NCBI GenBank assembly: GCA_951406725.2
Contig: OX597817.1
Coordinates: forward strand, 53,072,001 to 53,136,000
Source: Octopus vulgaris
Taxonomy: Eukaryota
DNA: 64,000 bases
Direction: 5' to 3'
Position 1 is the stretch's first letter. Every line of letters starts with the position of its first letter. Position numbers and translations under genes: made by a program. The notes under the pieces are model-generated. The model saw nothing but the letters and a program-made list of their open reading frames with translations. It ran no database searches and was not told the origin of the DNA. Shown one piece after another: positions 41,943 to 55,737 of this stretch.

Positions 41943-42215
41943 TACTTAGATGTCCTCGTTCTTGTTCGCACGACTTTTCTTCTTGTTCTTCTCACATTAG
42001 CTCTATAAAACTTACCACTTACTGGGCCTTTTATTTGCGTTTCTATAGTCTTAGGTATCGGTTTAATAGTTTTAAAATTTAGTTTTTATTACTCATCTTT
42101 CTCAAGAGACCATTTGAAGTTTTAACATATTAATGTATCATGGTTTTTGTGTTGATAATATTTTCTACTTGTTTTATTTGTATAACTGCATTATATATAC
42201 ATTGTTAACATTTAC

Positions 42216-43350
42216 AGATAAACAAAAAACGAAGACAGGTGTAGGAACAAGCAGGTGTATTAGTATGACGCTTGGGAAAATGGAAATATACTTTTACGTT
42301 TCGAGCATGCGCTCTTCGACAGAAAGGCATAAGAGGAGAAAATGGAGAGAGAATGAAAAAAAATGGAGAGAGAAAAATGTGTAGAGTTCAGCGGTTCAAC
42401 ATGGTGTATAACTGGAAAATAAGAGTTTGAATGAAAGGGAGATAATAATGGTAATTCACACGAACTAAGGTGCGCGAGCATGTGTGTGTGTGTGAGAATG
42501 GTGTGTATGAGTGTGTGTGGATGTGTGAATGGGGGCGAGTGAACTTGACGTGTATGTGCATGTGCATATGTAACGTGTGTGTATGTTTGTGTGTGCTGTG
42601 CGTGTGTGCTGTGCGTGTGTGCTGTGCTTAGCAGTTGGTGTATATGTGTGTGTGTGTGTCTGTTACCAAATAGTGTGTTTTTCTATAGTGTATGCTTGTG
42701 AGTGAAAGTTATCTTTGTCTATGTATGTTGCATGTGTTTATGCGTGTTACATGTGTGTGTGTATATATTGTCTGTGTTCAGGTATTATGTAGTTGTGTGG
42801 GTGTTGGAGTGTGCATGATGGTGTGTGGTGTGTGACTGCTCATATAGTGGTATGTGTGGTGACACTATTCAAGATTGTGTGTGGATAATGGTGTGGTTTG
42901 GGTGTTGAGAAGTGTTCGGTACTGGTGTGTGTGGAGTGGTGTTGCAGGTATGTGTGTAATGGTGTGTGAAGTGAGTGATGTGTTGAACAGTGTGTATGGG
43001 TGTGTGTATTGTGGTGCGTGTGTGGTGAAGGTACCGAGGTAGGCGGTATGAAGGTGTGTAGGTGGAAGGGGCATTTGAATGTGGAAGGTGTGTGGGAATC
43101 CGCGTGGGGTTGGTATTAGATGAAGAGAGGAGGTAAGTTGAGCCCATATGGCGCAAAGAAACGAAGAAAGATTCATCATGTTCAGGGCGAAAGCGGGCGA
43201 GGGAGACCGGGTGGCCCTTGTGCAGAGACAGTCCAAACACAGACAGATGTTGTAAAGCGGAAGTGGCGCGAGACCGGGGCGTCATTGCAGTGTCTGATGC
43301 CTGGGATATGCCTCGCGAATCGGTTAGCCAAGCGGCATCCCGTTATATAT
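42216..43350 (-). mobile_element. Penelope-like element remnant (GIY-YIG C-terminus, CA-rich spacer, pseudo-LTR)
   Basis: Frameshifted TGCRLANRFARHI..NDAPVSRHF..LQHLSVFGL..FAPYGLN fits a PLE endonuclease end; hammerhead motif at 42291-42327. Confidence 0.75.
42291..42327 (-). ncRNA. Minimal type I hammerhead-like motif (core CUGUCGA)
   Basis: Minus strand CTTT-CTGTCGA-A-GAGC-GCAT-GCTC-GAAA-CGTA-AAAG. Confidence 0.6.
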
Positions 43351-43737
43351 TTTCTGCAGAATTATTTCCGGTAGTTTGGCGCGCCAAAACGAAGACTTTT
43401 GAAAGGTGACCCCAATTGTAATTGGCAGAACTGTATACATGTTCAATCTCATGCAGACGTCTCGTGTACAGTTCTTCAAATTATATTTGCAAAGACGATC
43501 ACACTGATGAGTTGCGGACAATTACGTAAATGATTTCGTAAGCGATAACAACGAAATCAATCCGGTTTGTGATTAATCTATATTTTGTATCTTTTCATTT
43601 GTCTTGCTCGCTTACTTTCTGGCGTTTGCTGAATTTTCTTGAGAACATTCCTTTCTTAGTGGTAAGACCAAAGCGAATTTTCTTCTAGCATAATGGATTC
43701 CACTTACAGGTCATCCTTCTTATATATATGTATGTAT

Positions 43738-43810
<73 letters not shown>

Positions 43811-43861
43811 TCGCTAGCCACTACACATTCCTTATTTTCTCTCCTTGTTTCTTTCCGTGTT

Positions 43862-43900
43862 CCTTTCTGTGGAAGAGCGTAGGCTCGAAACGTTAAATAC
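43862..43900 (+). ncRNA. Minimal hammerhead-like motif (core CUGUGGA) in pseudo-LTR remnant 43812-43993
   Basis: TTT-CTGTGGA-A-GAGC-GTAG-GCTC-GAAA-CGTT-AAA. Confidence 0.55.
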
Positions 43901-43992
43901 TTTTTCACTTACCGAGCGTTAAACTAATACATCTGTGTTTGTTGTCTACACCACCTGTCTTCGTCTTTTGTTTTTTTTTTTGTAAATTCTCC

Positions 43993-44051
<59 letters not shown>

Positions 44052-44057
<6 letters not shown>

Positions 44058-44151
44058 ATAAAAGGGCTTAGTAAAATAAATAGTTAGCTACTATTTCTAA
44101 TGAGTTCAGTATGTGGCAAAGTAATTTATTTTACTAAGCCCTTTTATATCA
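44052..44151. repeat. Short inverted repeat next to (TA)n
   Basis: ATGATATAAAAGGGCTTAGTAAAATAAAT / ATTTATTTTACTAAGCCCTTTTATATCAT. Confidence 0.85.
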
Positions 44152-44350
44152 TGTAATAATTTGAATTCGCCTTAAATGGTCCCTTTACATACTGAACACT
44201 TGGTGATATTGATTAATAATTAATTAATTAATTTTACCCTCAATTGTTGAAATTATATATATATATATATATAGTTAATCCAAACATGAAAACACAACGC
44301 GAGGACGTGGAACAAGTATAGCATTATTGGACGCTCAGGAAAGAAGAAGG

Positions 44351-44385
44351 GTTTAACGTTTCGAACGGAGCTCTTCGTCAGAAAC
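44351..44385 (-). ncRNA. Minimal type I hammerhead ribozyme motif in short repeat 44272-44459
   Basis: Minus strand GTTT-CTGACGA-A-GAGC-TCC-GTTC-GAAA-CGTT-AAAC; perfect stem I, canonical core. Confidence 0.72.
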
Positions 44386-44505
44386 ATAGGAAAAGGAAAG
44401 ATCCAAAGAAGGGAAGACGGAGGAAAAAATCGCCAACGGTACACACGCGGTCACATTTTTCTTGAGAACATTCCTTTCTTAGTGGTAAGACCATAGCGAA
44501 TCAAG

Positions 44506-44544
<39 letters not shown>

Positions 44545-45932
44545 GGAGTCCCATTTTCAGGGTTAAACTTGAATTGCAGCCTCCAGGGCAGATTGGAATG
44601 GCAGTTAAATATATTTCAAATAATTCAGCGGGGTTTCTCATGCTTAAGTGCTAAGTGGACAATGAACATTTAGTCATAATATTTCCCGTTAAAAATCTGC
44701 TGAATTGGTACACACTGCGGAGTCTTTATATAGTACAGCTTGTATTATATACTTTAAATGTATATTCAAAAATGTATCTTGGAAGGCTGTTGTTGACTTA
44801 CAATTAAAAGATTTTGCCAACCACGTTACATTGTGCTTGTCATAAAACCATTAAAAACAAATTATGTCCTTGTAGACGGAAATTGAAAGAAGCATGTGAC
44901 ATATACGTGCGTGTGTGTATGCATATATTTATGTGTGTCTGTGTTTGTTCCTCCACCATCGCTTGACAACCGATGTTGGTGTGTTTACGTTCTTATAACT
45001 TAGCGTTTTGGCAAACGAGACCAATAGAATAAGTACTAGGCTTACAAATAATAAGTCCTGGGGTCGATTTCTTCGACTAAAGAAAAAGCCCTTTAAGACG
45101 GTGCTCCAGCATGGCCACAGTCGAATGACTGAGATAAATAAAAAGAATATATGTTTTTTCAATGCCTCTAAAAAACCAGAAGAACCGAAGCTCCAGGACA
45201 TTTCTTGTCCCCACTTCTCCTGCTTGCCGGATCGTTGGTCCGGTACTCTGTTACAAAAACGTCATTAGAATGATTAAATTATTTGTTGTTTAGAAGGATA
45301 TGTAAGAAATCAACATTATTCTCGGCAATCCTTCGGTATTTGTATACTACGTCGTTCAACCACATAACGTTCTCTTGTGGCGTAAATAAAGAGGTTAGAC
45401 TGAAAAAGAGGATTAACGACGTCTATTAATATTTTCTGCTCAAGGTACTGGGCCCGAAATTTTGGAGGAAGGGGCCAGTCAATTAGATCGATCGCAGTAC
45501 GCAACTGGTACTTAATTTATCCACCCCGAAAGGATAAAAAGCAAAGTCGACGGCGGCGGAATTTGAACTCAGAACGTAAAGACAAACAAAATCCCGGGAA
45601 GCATTTTGCCTGGCATGCTAACGGTTTTGCCAGCTTGCCGCCTTTGTATAGTAAGGATTGCTTTAATTTAATTATTTTTTCTCCAACAAAACCCAACCTA
45701 CCTTGTGTTTTATCGATTCATGGACGTATTTATTTTCTTATGAAATCAATTATCCATCGAAGCTTGTTATTTATCTTATCTTTTCCAGTGAAAAGAACCC
45801 CAATTAGAGCAACAGATCATTAACATTAGATGACATCTAGGCTTGTTATTTGGTTATCGATAAGCAAACATGGTAACAGGAGACAGTGATTTTTGATGTT
45901 CTAGGGATTTTTGATGTTCTATTTTATACTAA

Positions 45933-46290
45933 CACTAGCTTAAGGTGACCCGCTCTACGCGCGGGTAAGAGTGTGGTTGTTACTTTCTGTTGCTTCCTTT
46001 CTGTTTTTTTATTACCGCATTCTCCCTCTTTGTTTCTCTCTCCTTTCTCTCTTACTTTCCCACTTTCCCACTCTCTTACTCTTCCTTTCTCTCGGACTCT
46101 CCCTCGTTTTCTCTTACTCTCTATATTTCTCTATCTATCTCTCCCATTTATAAACAACACAAGATCTTGAGTAAGTTGAGAAAGAAAAATATTTTGAAAG
46201 ATCAATCATAAATATCAGGCAGTGACAACGGAACGGTTCCAATGCCAAAACCAGACAAACAAACTTTTCGCATTTCAGATTTATAGATAT
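45933..46290 (+). mobile_element. Helitron/Helentron-like non-autonomous element
   Basis: ACTAGC..ACCCGC.CTACGCGCGGGT hairpin start; CAGACAAACAAAC..TTTATAGAT end. Confidence 0.5.
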
Positions 46291-46317
46291 TGATGATATA
46301 TATATACATATATATAC

Positions 46318-46396
<79 letters not shown>

Positions 46397-46608
46397 CATA
46401 CACACATACACACACATATTAAGTACCAGGTTTTAAAATATAAGAACTGGGGGCGTCGATTCTTTCGATCAAAATGCTTCAATGCGGTGCCCCAGCATGG
46501 CCGCAGTCTAATGACTGAAACAAGTGAAAAATAATACCCTGTCACTATTTACATATTAAAATAGATCCAACAACGTATCGATAGTTTTAATTATTGATGA
46601 ATTGATAT

Positions 46609-47170
46609 ATTCTTTTCTACTCTTGGCACAAGGCCCGAAATTTTGGGGGAGAGTGCCAGTCGATTAGATGAACTCTAGTACGCAACTGGTACTTAATTTA
46701 TCGACCCAGAAAGGTTGAAAGGCAAAGTCGACCTCGGCGAAATTTGAACACAGAACGTAGCAGCAGATGAAATACCTATTTCTTTACTACCCACAAGGAG
46801 CTAAACATAGAGGGGACAAACAAGGACAGACAAAGGTATTAAGTCGATTACATCAACCCCAGTGCGTAACTGGTACTTAATTTATCGACCCCGAAAGGAT
46901 GAAAGGCAAAGTCGACCTCGGCGGAATTTGAACTCAGAATGTAGCGGCAGACGCAATACGGCTACTCATTTCGCCCGGCATGCTAACGTTTCTGCCAACT
47001 CGCCGCCTTGATGAATTAATAAATTCTTTTCTACTCTAGGCACAAGGCTCGAAATTTGGGGGGAGGGAGCCAGTCGATTAGATCAACCGTAGTACGCAAC
47101 TGGTACTTAATTTATCGACACCGCTAAGCATTTCACCCGCTGTGCTAACGTTTCTGCCAGCTCGCCGCCT
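46609..47170 (-). mobile_element. SINE family B dimer plus a deleted monomer in tandem
   Basis: 46609-47007 and 47025-47170; flank TGATGAATT repeated three times. Confidence 0.85.
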
Positions 47171-47544
47171 GATGAATTTAATATATTGACAGATTAATAT
47201 AGTCAACGGTATCGACGTCTCATTCGAGATCTGAAGAGCAATGACGTATGTTTTGACCCATTCCTCCCCAGTTTTTACGATCAACTGAATAGCTACCTAT
47301 TTGTATTAGAATTGATTTGTAATAGAATTGATTAGGCATTCTTCAACAGCTGAATCCTGGACGTAATCACCTGATAAAGCTGACTCGTGAACAAGCTACG
47401 ATTATCAATGAGATTTATTAATTCGATTGCAAGCATGAAAGCGTGAAAAGATCAATACTTGTGTGGTATTTTTTCATTTTCATTTTCATCTAGTTTCAGC
47501 TCATGAGCTGTGGCCATGCTGGGGCACTGAGGATGCGTTTACAA

Positions 47545-47581
<37 letters not shown>

Positions 47582-48394
47582 GTGTCCCATTCTCTTATAA
47601 CAAGAATCACAACACAAAAACAAAACTGGAGAGGGAAACATTAGTGGACAACACATCCATATTTCACAGATTTTCCCTTAAAATAGACGTGTTATGATGA
47701 AATGCTCAACACACAGCACAGAATTAAAATAAATACAAACATCAATCTGGTGATATATAAAGCCTAGGGTCAATTCCGGAAGTAAGGGCTACACCAATCC
47801 CATTGGTCCTTGTTTACTGCAAAGGGATGACAACACACGCCAACATCACTTCATCCAGAAGATGAGACGGCAAAAGGTAAGGTATGTCGATGATGGATTT
47901 AATGATATTACTTTTTGCATGACTAGTTAAAGCAGTCTGCAAAAAATATTATCTCTAAATCTATGGAGTTCAAGTGAAGGCACGTGGCTTAGAGACTAGG
48001 GTATTCGGGGCACGATCGTAAGGCCGTGAGTTCAAATCCTGGCAGCGCGCTCTGTCCTTCAGCAAGACGCTTTATTTCACGCTGCTCGAGTTCACTCAGT
48101 TGGCAAAAATTAGTTGTTCCTGCATCTCAAAGGGACAGACTTGTTACATTCTGCGTCGCACTGAATCTCCCTGAGAGCTATATTAAGTGTCAGCGGAGCG
48201 CTCAGCCACTTTCACGTCAACTTCACGAGCAGGCTGTTCCGTTGATTGGATTCTACTGGAACCCCCGTCGTCGTAAACCACAGAGTGCGATTTCTTGCCT
48301 GGAATTCATATAGGACTATGAAAAAAAAATCTAGTTTAAAAAACACTAGAAAAGACTTGTATTTAGTAATCCTTGTGCATGAGTCAGTCCAAGA

Positions 48395-48640
48395 AAGTGA
48401 CCCACAACACCACCAAAAGCAAGGTACGGGTAAATCTCTGAGATATGACGGTTTCTTGACTCAGCAGTAAGGGGTGAATGAGACACAGAAGTATGCTGAC
48501 AGTAATAACTCCAAGCGCTTCTACGATGCCCTGAAAGACATCTAGAGGCCACAGTCCTTCGGAACATCACCACTGCTCAGTGCTAACGGAACAACATTCC
48601 TCGCTGACAAAAACGCAATCCTGGAAAAGTGGGCAGGCCT
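48395..48640 (+). pseudogene. RTE/BovB-type LINE ORF fragment
   Basis: ETQKYADSNNSKRFYDALKDI*RPQSFGTSPLLSANGTTFLADKNAILEKWA. Confidence 0.75.
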
Positions 48641-49099
48641 TCCTCTTTAATAAGTGTGTTTGCGTGTATGTGTGTGCACGGGTACGCAACTTTTGCCAAT
48701 GTAATTTTATCCGAAAACAAGAAATATCAAGAGAGAACAAAAACAAACGAAAAACTGGCTTTTTTTTTACAAACGAAGTCCCCTGAGGTAGTTGTTCTGC
48801 ATCGAATTAGAGAAACTCCCTTGCCATGCTATTTTCACCAATTTAAGTATAAATCAAATGAAAGGCTGGAACTTGCTAAAATCGAATCTCATTATGCTCC
48901 CACCCAAATTGTCCCCTTGTTAATGATAGAAAAAGGGTCTAGTACTTACCTGAGTCAGTGAATGAAACAGAATCGTCCTGTTTTGGCAGATAGAACAATG
49001 AAGAGACACATCGGATGGAAAAACTGTGTATGATGAAAGGAATGAAGTGGCGAGAATGACGAGTGGACTGAGATGAAAACACCAGTTGAATTGGGGGAG

Positions 49100-49700
49100 A
49101 CACGCAACGGAAGAATGAGAAAGCCATAGGTGAAGGGTAATTTAAATATACATATAGTGCAAGGTGGCGGGGGCTGAGAGTAAGAGAGAGAGTGGGGGCT
49201 ATACGGGAGGAGACGAGGCAAGAAGGTGAGGAAGAGAGTGTAACAGAAGGGGGGAGAGCGAGGAAAGAAGAGATTTGAGGAAGAGAGACGGAATGGAGAT
49301 GGGGGGAAGGAGGTAGGCGGGAAAGTGTAAGGAGGAGAGAGTCAGGGGGTGGAGATAGGAAGAGAGGGAGCCATGGAAAGAGAGAGAGAGGGAGGATAGG
49401 GGAAAAGACTCGTAGGAGTGGAAGATGTGGGAGGGGGATAGGGAGATTGGGGGGACTAGGAGGAAAGAAAGACGGTGGGGTGGAGATGGAGACAGGAAGA
49501 GAGAGGGGGAGAGTGGGAGACAGAGAGCGGGAGAGAGAAATAGGAGGAAACGAATATAGAGGAGAGAGAGAGAGAGAGAGGGGGAGTGTGTGTGTCTGTG
49601 ATCGGGGGAGTGTGTTTAGAGGGGGAGTAGTTGAGTGGAAGAACGTAGAGAGGGAAGTGCTCGGGGTGGAGAGGAGAAATTAGGAAAAAAAAGAGGAAAT
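49100..49700 (+). repeat. Polypurine G/A-rich low-complexity tract
   Basis: Strong G+A strand bias with many G runs. Confidence 0.85.
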
Positions 49701-49730
49701 TAAAGTAAATAATGCAATAAAGATTACACA

Positions 49731-49767
<37 letters not shown>

Positions 49768-50011
49768 ACACACACACAAATACACGTGAATTCATGTCAT
49801 CATATGAGTGTGTGTGTATGTGTGTGTGAGTGTGTGTGTGTTCATGTCACCGTGTGTGTGCATGAGTATGTATGTAAATTAAATGTAAAAATATGTCGTG
49901 GTGAGAGTTGCTTTTGAAGGTGATAGTGGTGGTGGTAGCGGTGGCGGCGGCAGTGGTGGTTTCATTGGTGATGGGAGGAAGGATTAGTAAGTGCTATAAT
50001 TATTTTATATA

Positions 50012-50080
<69 letters not shown>

Positions 50081-50275
50081 ACAGAAGAAGAGAAAGAAGT
50101 GAAAATCGTAAACAATCGTGTGCAAGAAAATAAACGATGTAAAGTGAGAAGTAAGAAAGAAAGAAAGAAAGAAAAGAACAAATAAAAGAAAGCAGTAGGG
50201 GGTAGGATCGATAACATGCGTTAAGTAACACAAGCACATATATATGTATGTATGTATGTGCATATACATATGTTC

Positions 50276-50353
<78 letters not shown>

Positions 50354-51253
50354 AAGCGTGCATGTATGCGTGTATGTATGCATGCATGTGTATGTATGTA
50401 TGTATGTATATATGTATATATATGTATGCGTATATGTATGTATGTCTGTATGGATATATGTGTGTATGCTTGCATGTATATTCACATGTATACATGCATG
50501 TAAGCATGTATGCCTGAATGTATGTACTCTATGTACTCATATATACATACATATATAAATAAGGCTTTAATAGGACAGAGGCTATAGTAGAAGACACTTG
50601 CCCAAGGTTCCACACAGTGGGATTGAGCCGGGAACCATGTGGTTTCGAAGCAAGCTTCTTACCACACGGCTATGTCACAACACATGTATATATTATAGTT
50701 AAAACTACAGACTGTGGGGACAGTGTTAATTCATCTAAGTGACATAGTTAAACACCCACAATGTATAGGGACTTAACAGACTGCCAGTGTTAGAAATTAT
50801 GTAAATGTTTTATTGGATACCACCCGAAAATTGCGCGAGTCCACCTGTTGTCTGTAAACCTTGCGACCTATCCGGCTCTGTGGTACTTGTGCTTCCTCCT
50901 CTATATATATGTGTATGTATTCACCTGTCAGTAATCTTAGATTACTGATAGGTGGATATATTCTCTTTTACTTGTTTCAGTCATTTGACTGCGGCCATGC
51001 TGGAGCACCGCCTTTAGTCGAGCAAATCGACCCCGAGACTTATTCTATCGGTCTCTATGCTAGGGGGACAAACACAGACACACAAACACACACACACATA
51101 CATATATAATATACGACAGGCTTCTTTCAGTTTCTGTCTACCAAATCCACTCACAAGGCATTGGTCGGCCCGGGGCTATAGCAGAAGACACTTGCCCAAG
51201 ATTCCACGCAGTGGGACTGAACCCGGAACCATGTGGTTGGTTAGCAAGCTACT

Positions 51254-52597
51254 TTATTTCATGAAAGATTCGCCATTAAAGCGTTACATAGAGGGGACAT
51301 ACAAATACAGACAAACATATTGGGTGTAGTAGCTTAAAACGTTTTGATTACAATAAAATATATATAATATTTACAATATAAAGTTTTTAAAATGTTGTAT
51401 TATACAGTAGGGCACTGATCCCTGCTATCCGGGTAGAACCTTTACTTCTTGATCCGGCCACACTTACCTGGTGCCAGATATACTCAGCTTGCACGCTACA
51501 GACTTCCATCTTTTCGCAAACATATCTCGTGACAGATACCTCTTCTCCAGCCTGATCTTACTACCGAGGTGGTAACTGAAAAAGTTAACCAACCCCTGGC
51601 CGGATACAAAGGTACCTGTCACTATACCTTTTGTACGCGTCTTCCATACTGTTTCTTTCAGTATGGTTACTACGCAGGAAAAACAAGCCTTCCTTTCCCT
51701 GCTGAGGAAAGGTGGTGGCACAATCTCAATGATAGATTCCGCTGATAGCTGTACTCTTCCATTCACTGACAACAGTTGTTCGGCGAAAGCAATCAGTCCC
51801 GATAACTCCGGACACTCCACGAATGCGTGCAAGACGGTTTCCCTATCCCGCTCACATCGCGGACATGTCAGCGAGACGGCACTTCCGTGCCTTGACAGCT
51901 TGTCGCGAACAAGTAACGCCGCACGGAAACACTGCCAGGCCAGGGATTTCTGGTAATTATCCAGGTACCCCGGCCCGAACGTTCTCCGGAACAGGTTGGT
52001 CAACTGATTTTCATCGTAGCCCAGAGTCTCCCCCAAGGCGTCTTCGGACTTAACCTCCACTAACCCGCTATAGAAATCTGCGGTGGAACTCCTGTTGCCG
52101 GCATTGCCCGCCCGAGAGAGTAGCTGAAGTGCCTGACGGCACTCCAATTGCCAGTCCCTCAGCCTAGGTCTCTGCTTGATCCAATTACCAATGTCCGTTA
52201 AGGACGTGAATCGCGGAAAGTAGAACCGAACGTGCAGTGACCACACCTGTTCTCCATCCAAGTAAAGCCAGAGGTGCTTCAACCTTAACGTGACCTTTCG
52301 CATCTTCAGCCAAGGCATCCCTAGCCTACCCTTTAACGGTTTCTGGCAGCAGACAGAGTGCTTTACAAGTGGCTTCCCTCCTTTCCACAAAAAGTGGAAA
52401 AAGATTCTCTCCAACTTGTTCAGCCACAAATCGGGGCAAGGCACCACGGTCAGTGACTACTGATGCTATGAACATCTGCACCACCTCCGGCCTCCCTAGC
52501 AGGGATAACGCCCGTCCAGACCAGGTCTGGGTTAGAGCGGTCACCTTGCCGGCCACCTCACTCCAATTTTTCTCTAAATGGAGGTCTGGCCCGAACC
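51254..52597 (-). mobile_element. 5'-truncated Tx1/L1-type LINE inserted into a family A SINE head
   Basis: The SINE is split (..TAGCAAGCTAC | CACACAGCCTCTCCTGCGCC); the element ends with AATAAA on the minus strand. Confidence 0.85.
51464..52596 (-). pseudogene. Tx1/L1 ORF2 C-terminal region with zf-RVT-like knuckle
   Basis: WSGRALSLLGR, FFHFLWKG, CPRCERDRETVLHAFVEC; frameshift near 52450. Confidence 0.85.
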
Positions 52598-52633
52598 TAC
52601 CACACAGCCTCTCCTGCGCCTATATATATATAC

Positions 52634-52695
<62 letters not shown>

Positions 52696-52864
52696 AAATA
52701 TTAGGGAATAAATCCAAACTTACAGGGAAAAATCAGATTTAGGATTGAATCCAATTTTATAGTAAAATATTATATTATATTAAATTAGAGATAAAACCAC
52801 TATTAGGCAAATCAAACAATGAAAAACTTAAGCCAATACATAAAATTGTTTTATCTCTAATTTA

Positions 52865-52921
<57 letters not shown>

Positions 52922-52992
52922 GTACTGGGAGGATAAGAAACGGAACGAAGCGACGAATCGAATCGAACCCGACGCGAAGGCGCTGTCAGACA

Positions 52993-53582
52993 ATAGTGTA
53001 ATAAATAAAATATATGCATACATACAAACATATATGTACGTACTTACATCTACATGTATATATACATGCATATATAAATATATATACGTGAGTACAGGAC
53101 ACCACAACTAGACGTAAACGAAAACGGAAAAGCCATTTTTTTACAACAGAGAAACAGAGACGTGGAACTCAACGAGAAACGAAAACAGGAAAACCATTTT
53201 TTTACAACAGAAAAACAGAGTACAGGGCATACTACACAAGGAAAAATCCCCAATCATCAGCTGTCACTAGTAGACTCAAGCGTGTTTCGAAGGCAATACG
53301 CTTGAGTCTACTAGTGACAGCTGATGATTGGGGATTTTTCCTTGTGTAGTATGTCCTGTACTCTGTTTTTCTGTTGTAAAAAATGGTTTTCCCGTTTTCG
53401 TTTCACGTTGAGTTCCACGTCTCTGTTTCTCTGTTGTAAAAAAATGGCTTTTCCGTTTTCGTTTCTCGTTGAGTTCTACGTCTAGTTGTGCTGTCCTGTA
53501 CTCACGTATATATATTTATATATACATGTAGATGTAAGTACGTACATATATGTTTGTATGTATGCATATATTTTATTTATTA

Positions 53583-53588
<6 letters not shown>
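52993..53588. repeat. About 600-bp near-perfect palindrome
   Basis: Arms 52993-53283 and 53298-53588, 14-nt spacer GTTTCGAAGGCAAT. Confidence 0.9.
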
Positions 53589-53639
<51 letters not shown>

Positions 53640-53640
<1 letters not shown>

Positions 53641-54600
53641 ACCTGTTACGAACGAAAGTGTAACGAACGGTTTCGATGCTCTGCATGCATCTCGGTCAAG
53701 CTTCTCTGATTGTGCTTCAGTACCTATAAAGTTTACCTCGAACCGGTAGTGCTCTTCTATAGCGCTGCCAGGTCGTGGGCTTATGGAAACTGGCCATCGT
53801 AGTTCTTGATCCGAAAATCCTTCGGAGCAATCTCTTGAAATCGCTTCTGTTAACACCTAAAGTTTTCCTGAGAACATTATCACTCTTTCCGGACACTAAT
53901 CATCATCTGTACATTTTTAGAGTAGAACATCCACCGATCTCGTTACCCAACTGGCAAAGAACAGTGAGCACCTGACAACATTCTAGGTATAAGACGTCTA
54001 GTATCGATCTTTGCTTCACCTAGAAATGCAGCTCTGGTCTGCCATTCATAGGGTGATGGCTGTTGATGGACCGCCTCCCCAGTGGAACAGATCCTTTCTA
54101 CAACAAGTTGAACAGAAGACGCTCTAATCTGGAACAAGATTTGTCAGACGATGAACAATGCAGGTATTCACTGTCTCCGCCTGATGACGTTCCTGGGACA
54201 GTTTTTCCTCGGCCCAGTTCCAGATAAGAATGACCACCCTGTCCGTTACTTTGTTCCAGTTGTTTTTCGCCTGGGCGTCAGTACTGACCTAGATTCTAAG
54301 CCGTTTAACCGATTCGTGGTCCAGCGTCAAACGAGGTCTTCTGACGGAATGAACCTGCTTCTTCAGTTAATAGCTTACCCAGGAGAATCTTAGTCCCTGT
54401 CACCGTCACGTATTCCTTTAGAATGGTGCTTGCTGCCTCCACCATCATGATGGCATCTGACGCTATGGCGGTGACGTTGACCTCATAGGCCTCTTGAGTC
54501 CCAGTTCGAAAGAAATCTATTCCAACTGTTCCTATTTCTGCACCAGTGACTCAAGAACCAGCACGTACAGAAAAAGCAAGAGAGGGTATTCCTGTAAGCC
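53640..54600 (-). pseudogene. Old degenerate Tx1/L1-type ORF2 fragment
   Basis: [55 protein letters not shown]; the C-terminal part is homologous to 51464-52596; many stops. Confidence 0.7.
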
Positions 54601-55737
54601 CGCGCATGCGATACGATCTTTTAAAATAATAAGAAAATTTTAAATAATAACAACAAAAAGATATATTTAAAAACACAGATACATGTAATGTTTCTCACTC
54701 ATATACTGGTGAGAATCTATTATTTAAATAGGACAAAACATCCCTAAAACATCGTCCTAACGCCATTGCTCGTACTAGAATATAATGCACCCGATCCCTT
54801 CTAGACAATATCCTTTACAACATCCTTTACAAAGAAAGGTCCTACTTCCTCCGGATACTCTTATTTTTAACTAGTTGTCAAAACTTGATACTATTTTAAG
54901 GAAAAGTCTGCCAGTTGCATCACTTGTATTCCCGTTCTAATTAACCTTGATTAATTAATGCAGCGAGACAGTATCCGTTGCAGCATATCTCTGTTATTTT
55001 CTTTATAAATTTCTGGTTTTTCTTTCTATCTACCCTGAATCTCGCGTCATTGCCGTCGTCGTCTTCATGTTACATTTTATATACATTTAGGTCAGACTGC
55101 TCTTCCTTCTTTGTCGTTTTCTCTTCTCTTTCTTGCTGCTAATTCGCTATTCCTTTCCAGTCTCTTTTACACCCCAATTGTCGCAAACCAATGGAGTAGA
55201 AGTTGGTTAGAGCGGAAGTCTCCTGCTCGTCTGCTTCCGGGGACAGTGACCAGATAGATTCACCAGTCTCTTGCATAGCTGGAAGTGGATACTACTTGAT
55301 GTTGTTCCTTCTATTAACCAGCCCCTTCTACTATCCCCCCTCTTTGTCACCGCCAGCTACATCCGGCGTAAAGTGTTCCTCGTCTTCCTCTTCAGATTCG
55401 AGCGTTTAGGTAAACGCTATCTCCTTCGGCAATTTCAAAACTTCTATCGGTGCTAATCTGAAACGAACCTAGAATTTGTAGAAAGTGTCTCTTCTAATGT
55501 TCTCTTTCTTTCTATCACTGTCGCTCCTGCAAGTCTGGCGTAAAACAAGTCTAGCAAAAGTAGGCCATGCATAAAGATGAAAGGAGTAAACAATGAAATC
55601 ACGTAATTTTTCCTTTAGACAACCACTTACCGTCAATCTCAGCAACAGTTTGCATTTTTCGATGAGAGCTGCGACCAAAAGTTGGCGGAAGCATTAAAAT
55701 GCACCACTTTCGAGCCACTACGTCCAAACAGTTACGC

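Noticed and set aside
49100-49700. Functional G-quadruplex or triplex element
   Set aside because: It is an irregular decayed (GA)n-type tract, common in this background, with nothing indicating function.
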